A stretch of 64,000 nucleotides of DNA, taken from assembly GCA_964016885.1 (NCBI GenBank), contig OZ024741.1, positions 17,050,001-17,114,000 of the forward strand, given 5' to 3'. The position numbers were made by a program, and so were the translations under genes. The DNA is from Eledone cirrhosa (Eukaryota). Each line of letters starts with the position of its first letter. Position 1 is the stretch's first letter. Shown here piece by piece: positions 56,531 through 64,000 of the stretch. The notes under the pieces are model-generated. The model did not search any database, had not been told where the DNA came from, and was given only the letters and a program-made list of their open reading frames with translations.

Positions 56531-56780
56531 ACATCACACATACATACGTCGTATAAAAATAACACACACACCCATAGATTACACCTCACATACACATACA
56601 TCAAACAACATACACATAGACACAAACAGAAACACTGACAACACACACATACACAAACAAACACCACACAACACACTCATACTAATTACACACTATGGTT
56701 ATGTGAGTTACACACTTTATGTCCATCTATCCCCCTCTCACTTCTCCCTCCCCTTACATAACATAGTATAGTTCTCTCAC

Positions 56781-56839
56781 CCCAGGCGCCAGTTTTGCGA
56801 GGTACACAGAATCACATTTAACACAGAATAAACAAGTGT
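56781..56839 (-). CDS. Candidate internal exon of an unidentified host gene
   Basis: tag|...|gtgaga boundaries; 59 nt; reads (D)TCLFCVKCDSVYLAKLAPG in frame with 57051-57110. Confidence 0.3.
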
Positions 56840-56916
56840 CTACGTATGTATTATACAGTGTATGTGTGTGGTGTGGCGTCTATGTGTGTGTGTGTGTGTT
56901 AGAGAGAGAGAGATAG

Positions 56917-57025
<109 letters not shown>

Positions 57026-57050
57026 CTAGCTGGTGGGTTTTATTAATTAC

Positions 57051-57110
57051 CTTGGTACTGCGAACCCTTCACACACATTGATGTGGGTCCCTTATTGAGG
57101 TTAAACAGAT
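57051..57110 (-). CDS. Candidate internal exon of an unidentified host gene
   Basis: cttttgtgggttcctgcag|60 nt|gtaatt; phase 1-1; reads LFNLNKGPTSMCVKGSQYQ. Confidence 0.35.
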
Positions 57111-57205
57111 CTGCAGGAACCCACAAAAGCACTACAGAACCAACTGCCAAGTTTCACTGTGATACGCAAAGACATGCACACACACACACACACATATATA
57201 TATAC

Positions 57206-57257
<52 letters not shown>

Positions 57258-57409
57258 GTGTGTGTTTGTGCATGTCTTTGTGTACATGTATGTCTTAAGC
57301 TATATAATTTGACACAGTGAAATTATATATATATATATAGTATATATATACATACATATATACATATATACATGTATATATATACATGTATATATATACA
57401 TGTATATAT

Positions 57410-57472
<63 letters not shown>

Positions 57473-57875
57473 CATGTGTGTATATGTGTGTGTAATATAT
57501 ATGCATACATAATTAATGCTCTCTCTCTCACACATACACATGCACACAGAGGCCTCGAGAGAAGGAGAGAGGGAGAGGGAGAGGGAGGGAGAGAGAGAGA
57601 GAGGGGGGGGGGGGGGTCTTCAATCCAAACACTGAACCGGAATGTTGCTACAGAGTCAACATCTCCAACCGTACCCAAGAGCCAGGTGGTGGCATTTAAC
57701 GGGATTACGGATTAAGCCGCCCACCCATACTATCTACTTGCTAAGAAGAACATGGACATTTATATACGAAAGTACTTAATACTTCAGGAAATAGAGCTAA
57801 ATATGTTAATGGTTAATTATATATTCATTACTATATTTACGTATATTATTATTATCATTATTATCATTATTATTA

Positions 57876-58070
57876 GGGCGGTGGATTGGCAGTATCGGTA
57901 GAGGGTCGGACGCCATGCTTTGGCGCATAGAGTTACGGCCCTTGCCATTCTGAGTTCAAATCCCGCTGAGGTTAACTTTGCTTTTCATCCTTACGAGGTC
58001 GATCAAATAAAGTACCAGTAATGTACTGGGTAATTTCTGGCCTTGTGCCAAAAGTAGAAACAATTATTAT
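57876..58070 (+). mobile_element. Full-length short-form Deu/Nin-domain tRNA SINE
   Basis: A-box tggcagtatcgg, B-box gagttcaaatcc, Nin-like core and an (ATT)n tail. Confidence 0.88.
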
Positions 58071-58941
58071 TATCAAGGGGGGTATTTTGGCAGTATCTAT
58101 AGAACGTCAAACAAAGTGCTTAGCGCCAGAGTCACGGCCCTTTACGTTCTGAGTTAAAACCCCACCGAAGTTAGCTTTGCCTTTTATCCTCATGGGGTCT
58201 TTAAAATAAAGTACCAGTAATGTACTGGGGTCGATTTAATCAACTTCCCCGTCCCCTCACATTGTGGACCTTGTTCCTCAGGTCTGCAAGAAAAATGGCA
58301 CCTATTTCGTGGTGGCGGTGGTGATGATGATGGTATGGGGGTGGGATGTTGGTGGTCATGGTGATGATGGTGGTGGTGGTAGCGCTGGTGATGGTATGGG
58401 GGTGGGATGTTGGTGGTCATGGTGATGATGGTGGTGGCGGTGGTGATTGTATGGGGGTGGGATGTTGTTGGTCATGGTGATGGTGATGGTGGTGGTGGCT
58501 CTGGTGATGGTTTGGGGGTGGGATGTTGGTTGTCATGGTGATGATGGTGATGGGGGCGGTGGGGTGGTGGTGGGATGTTCATGGTCATAGTGATGGCGGT
58601 GGTGATAGAATGGGGGTGGGGTGATGGTGGTCATGGTGATGTTGGTAGTGGGGGCGGTGGGGTGGTGGTGTGATGTTGGTGGTCATGGTGATGGTGGTAG
58701 TGGGGTGGTGGGGTGATGTTGGTGGTGGCGATGGGGTTGACGGTATATTTTCTCTATTTTCTCTATTCTCTGTTAGTGTTAGACGTAATTCCTTTATTGA
58801 CTAATTATGTAATCCACACAAGATGTCACCAGGACCTTACCTAATCAGGGCCTTGAAATATATAATGAAACTTTAAAGGAATAATTTTAATCGAATCAAT
58901 TAATTAATTAATTACACACACACACATATATATAATATATT

Positions 58942-59017
<76 letters not shown>

Positions 59018-59021
<4 letters not shown>

Positions 59022-60264
59022 TAAACGGAATAGAAAATGCTGACAAATTGTTCACAGTTGAAAAATGGTTTAATTAGGAATAAAAGAGTATTAGTGATTG
59101 TATGGGTTAGTATTCAGTTGTGGTTTTAAGTTTTTAAGTTTTTACCGGTTGCGCATTTCTAAATGCTTTTCAAAAATAATTTTGAGATAGAGTGTCCGTG
59201 CTGTTTGCTCTGATCTGATTAGTTTTGGGAATTCTACCTGTTTTTATGTTAAAAAAGTGGCTCCAGCGTTACTTTGGTGTTGCAAAAATTCTTGTGGTCA
59301 AAACAATTTTGATTGGTCGGTAGAGGTCATGTGAATGTAAAAAATTGATTTTGCGCCAAGACTGTTTTTATGGACACAAAGATTGTTTAATATTTACATC
59401 TACACTACTTTTCAACTGGTTTCATCTAGATCACCATAAACTGTCATATTTGTGGATGTGTATAGGCCTTCATTTGGAAATAAATGTTCCTGGTTGAAAT
59501 TTAGTTTGATCAAAAAGCTCTTCCATACATCTCCACACACAACCCCCTCAACAATGAGGCCTTTGACACCATCCTCCAGAACATCCCTGTGTTGAAAAAG
59601 GACCATAGAATGAACCAAATTCTACGAACACACGATATCATAAAGAGCAAAAGACAATCTAAGTCAATGAAAAACATCCTAACACATGCCAAAGTACTGC
59701 CAACCACAACAACGAAACCCATAGTAAAAAAATGCGATAGACCCAACTGTGGCATTTGCATCAACCTAATAGAGGGTTCGGAATTCTATTTCAAAGATGG
59801 ACAACGTTTTATAGTAAAACACAATTTCACATGTGCATCGGAAAATCTAATATATGTATTAACTTGCTCAGGTTATCGAGAACAATACATAGGCCAGACC
59901 AAAAACAGCCTCCGCCAACACATGACTGTGCATAGATCCCAAATTAAAATACGGGAATACAGGAAAATACCACTGAGTGAACACATTGATACCTGTGCCG
60001 CCCCAAATCGTGCCGCCCCAAATCATCCCAACTTCAGAATCTTTCCCCTCTACAAATTTAAAGATAATGCCACCCACACCCAGCGCATCAGCAAGGAATC
60101 TTACTTCATTAACAAATACGGACCCCGTCTAAACACTTCTCTCTAAGACGAACCCACAACATACACACGTCAACATACATACCTACATCAGCACACATCT
60201 CTACCCACATATAAACACAATGACATACGTAAACACACATGCTCTATGGTGCAACACAAAAAAA

Positions 60265-60316
<52 letters not shown>

Positions 60317-60652
60317 ATATATGTATGTGTATATATATATAGTGAATATCATTTCACACCTTTTATTGTTAAGATTTTTGATGTTCTATTAAGAGAACCG
60401 ATTTTACTGAAAAAATCGAATAATGTACACCATTTTACCAGGGGGAAAAAATACTGGTCCCCCCCCCCCACATATATACACACACACATACACACGCGTA
60501 CATTAACATAAAAAGAGACTTATACACACACACACACACACACTTCTCCGTATAAGACAAAAGCTGAAAAATATCTTTTGACATGCTAAAATACCCCCAT
60601 TGCTATCAGACACATTCTTACTGACCATCCCTGCTACCACGAATTACTCTGC

Positions 60653-60721
<69 letters not shown>

Positions 60722-61340
60722 ATCTTAATAGTCCTTTAACACACATCCCTGCTAACCATTATCACAACATCGAACACCTTACTACTACTACACACACACA
60801 CACACACACACATATTTGTTGTGAAAGAGTCATTTCTCAATCTTGGCGCAAAACCAATTTTTTATTCACATGACCTCTACCGACCAATCAAAATTGTTTT
60901 GACCACAAGAATTTTTGCAAACACCAAGTAGCGCTGGAGCCACTTTTTTTTACATAAAAACAGTCTTGGCGCAAAATCAATTTTTTACATTCACATGACC
61001 TCTACCGACCAATCAAAATTGTTTTGACCACAAGAATTTTTGCAACACCAAAGTAACGCTGGAGCCACTTTTTTAACATAAAAACAGGTAGAATTCCCAA
61101 AACTAATCAGATCAGAGCAAACAGCACGGACACTCTATCTCAAAATTATTTTTGAAAAGCATTTAGAAATGCGCAACCGGTAAAAACTTAAAAACTTAAA
61201 ACCACAACTGAATACTAACCCATACAATCACTAATACTCTTTTATTCCTAATTAAACCATTTTTCAACTGTGAACAATTTGTCAGCATTTTCTATTCCGT
61301 TTACCAATATATAATAACTTGTGTTACACCTCTATTCTTT

Positions 61341-61344
<4 letters not shown>
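59018..61344 (+). mobile_element. 5'-truncated Neptune-type Penelope-like element with inverted pLTR
   Basis: ~355-bp apparently perfect inverted repeat (59018-59372 / 60953-61307) enclosing a GIY-YIG ORF. The sense copy has a ~35-nt 3' tail. (TA)n flanks. Partial pLTR tandem duplication at 60841-60960. Confidence 0.92.
59505..60146 (+). pseudogene. PLE ORF C-terminus: linker, Cys motif and GIY-YIG endonuclease
   Basis: LPYISTHNP, CDRPNCGIC, NLIYVLTC..YIGQT, KESYFI..PRLN. The expected catalytic Arg appears as His (LRQHMTVH). RT is absent. Confidence 0.9.
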
Positions 61345-61382
<38 letters not shown>

Positions 61383-61554
61383 TAAAATTATATATATATA
61401 TATATATATAATATATATATAATATATATATATAATATATATATATAGGAACGAGTGGGACCCCCCACTCGTTCCTATTACCCACTCTACTACCCTAAGT
61501 ATTGAGTACTTTGGTGCGTTTTGGTCCATCTGGTTCCTTACCACATTTCCTTCG

Positions 61555-61594
<40 letters not shown>

Positions 61595-61622
61595 ACAAGG
61601 ATCGGAATTAGAGTATTCCACA

Positions 61623-61698
61623 CTTGCTGACTGAGGACCCTGTGGACTTTTACACTACACATTTCAGTGGCGAAACGAAATAGATTCGTATCAGCAAG
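61623..61698 (+). ncRNA. Type I hammerhead ribozyme candidate
   Basis: CTTGCTGA-CTGAGGA-ccctg...cagtggc-GAAA-CGAA-ataga-TTCG-TA-TCAGCAAG. Stem I is 8 bp, stem III is 5 bp, the triplet is GUA, and the base of stem II is imperfect. Confidence 0.78.
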
Positions 61699-62641
61699 CT
61701 TATAGTTATAAGGTTGGTAATTTAAAACTCTACTTCGGAGATTTGTTCTTTCTATTTAATTGCTCACCTGTAGGTGTTGTTTTCCATACAGTAACGGTTA
61801 AACTCACATGTAATAATTCTTTACACACATCTCACTGTGTAACACACTTCTCTCTGTGTAATATATTTGTATGTATGTATGTATGTATGTATGTATGTAT
61901 GTATGTATGTATGTATGTATGTATGTATGTATGTGTGTATGTATGTATGTATGTATGTAGGGGTCACTCTTGAGTGCTACTGGTAACATGTAACCCAGTA
62001 CAACCTGTCGCATGATCGGGTCGTAGGCGACTAAAACAAAACCTGACAAAGGGCGGAAGAACTCATAAGAGTGAACGGCCATCCAAAAGTGTGTAAATAT
62101 GTATATATACATGTACATATGTATATGTGTATATACATGGGTGCATGTGTATGTATATGCGCGGGGACATAGAAATAGTCGGGCTGAACACCCGATCGCG
62201 CGGTTAAACCACTGGGAGTGAAGGACCCCTAGCCTTTGTCAGGGCATTCTTCTAGGAGAAGGCAACTCAGGAAACTGGGATAACTCAGATATAAAACCTG
62301 CGGCTCAGTAGTTACAGATGATGTTGATCTTTTCTTCTTTTCAGGTTATAGCTACTGTCTCTCAGAGAGTGGGATTGGCTCAGTGCACAGTCTTTCCTCA
62401 CTTTAAAACATATCTTCACGCTCAGGCATTGCACGATAGAATTAATTGATAATTATTAATAATGGTATATCGTGCAATGGCCATACTCGATAACGAGGGG
62501 GCAGTCATCATCATCATGTATATAAACATAGAAGCACGGACATATTCACACATATGACTCATTATTTAGCCTTAATAAAATGAATATTTAAACTCTATTT
62601 CAGTATTGAGTACTCTTTTTCCTCGGCTGTCAACTACATAC

Positions 62642-62681
<40 letters not shown>

Positions 62682-62959
62682 GCGTGAATTCAATTTATGG
62701 CAGTGGTTCGGAACATCCCCACCGTCATCAATCTCCACTAACAACATCACACCAACCGACGAGGACCCCTCTACATAGACATTTGATCTGCTTAAAACAG
62801 CAGCTAAATTTCCCAGAAAGCACCTCCTAACTTTGTTAAAAGCAACAAATAAAATAACAGCCAATGTACCAAGAGGTGGTCACACCTGGATTGGCTTTTG
62901 ACTGTCAATAGGCTTTATGAATGTCAGGAGTTAAACAATATTAACACTCACCTTTACCA

Positions 62960-63740
62960 TAGCTACTGCTAATACCACGACCACCACCACCACCACAACA
63001 ACCAAAACCTGCACCACCACCACCACCACCGCCACGACCACCACCACCACAACAACAACCAAAACCTGCACCACCACCACCACCACCGCCACGACCACCA
63101 CCACCAACACCACCACCACCACCACTACCACCACCACCACCACCACTACCATCACCACCACCACCACCACAGTCACCACGACCACCGACACCACTACCAC
63201 CACCACAGTCACCACGACGACCACCACAGTCACCCCTATATCATCACCACCACCACCACCGTCACCCCCTCGTCCCCGCCCCCACCATCACCACCAATAC
63301 CCCCCCCCCCACAGTCACAATGACTACTAACACCCCCTACCCCATACCACCACCACTACCAACACTCTCCCCTATCCTATCACCATTAAGGTGTTCTGAA
63401 ATCTGTGTCGACTTGATGGTGACACGGATTATAAAACCTTGTGGACTCGGTGGCAGTGTGGAGTCGGTAGAGTAACCAGGGCTATAGAAAAGAGAAGCAA
63501 CAACAACGACAACAACAACAGCAACAACAACAGCAACAACAGCAACAACAACAGCAACAACAACAGCAGCAGCAACAACAGTAACAACTAACACAACAAA
63601 AGCGGTAAAAACAACTTTAACAACAACAACAGTTACAATAACTTCTACAATAACAACATCAACGACTGTCATCAACGACTGTAACAACAACGGTGACAAC
63701 AACAACAGTAACAACAAACCCAGCAACAACATCAATAACA
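62960..63740. repeat. (CAC)n and (CAA/CAG)n degenerate microsatellites
   Basis: Tracts at 62975-63360 and 63497-63740. Confidence 0.8.
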
Positions 63741-63826
63741 AAACCTACCATTAGTTCGAGGTGACTGGGTACTTATTACACCCGATAACCTACCAACATT
63801 GATATAGAAACATAGATATCTATTAT

Positions 63827-64000
63827 ACTTTCTCCAGCCACAACCTGGTGCAGTCTACGACTAACCCAGGTTCTGCTGCACCAGGTCGGGCTGAGGAGGC
63901 CAAACTCTTCAAATACCGGTCACTCTCCGACAGGTTTGCAGTTGTACCCTTGGCAGAGGAGATTTCTGGTGTCCTCGGCCCTAGGGCTACCTCCCTACCC
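63827..64000 (+). mobile_element. CRE-like non-LTR retrotransposon fragment (restriction-like endonuclease region)
   Basis: Manual translation TFSSHNLVQSTTNPGSAAPGRAEEAKLFKYRSLSDRFAVVPLAEEISGVLGPRA fits the AExxKxxKY...PxAxExxGxxG pattern of RLE domains. Runs off the window end. Confidence 0.65.

Noticed and set aside
57876-57965. tRNA genes suggested by A/B boxes
   Set aside because: These are SINE heads that continue into a Nin-like core and do not form a cloverleaf.
63386-63481. Strong minus-strand acceptor (cttctcttttctatag) followed by short open frames
   Set aside because: No clear donor or recognisable protein; the frame cannot be assigned.

Overview
This is eukaryotic (animal), AT-rich DNA saturated with microsatellites. 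I infer a cephalopod (Octopus-like) intronic or intergenic region from the SINE and microsatellite landscape. No host gene is confidently recognisable; there are only two candidate small exons, and almost all listed ORFs are microsatellite artefacts. Supported content: (1) three Tx1-clade non-LTR retrotransposons, one near full length at 42115-47815 and two 5'-truncated copies in tandem at 16966-20370. All six junctions lie in (TATC)n-type tracts in the same polarity, and the diverged 3'UTRs share a covarying three-hairpin structure. (2) A Neptune-type Penelope-like element (PLE) with a GIY-YIG ORF and an inverted pLTR at 59018-61344, plus many short, often fold-back, PLE pLTR-like relics sitting in (TA)n. 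About a dozen distinct families carry type I hammerhead ribozyme folds, from near perfect (7079-7139, 61623-61698, 2850-2905) to core variants. (3) Deu/Nin-domain and CORE-like tRNA SINEs, Helitron, RTE and CRE-like fragments, and Tc1/mariner MITEs. (4) A 7.4 kb octamer satellite with higher-order duplications. All RNA structures were paired by eye; no folding or database search was run.
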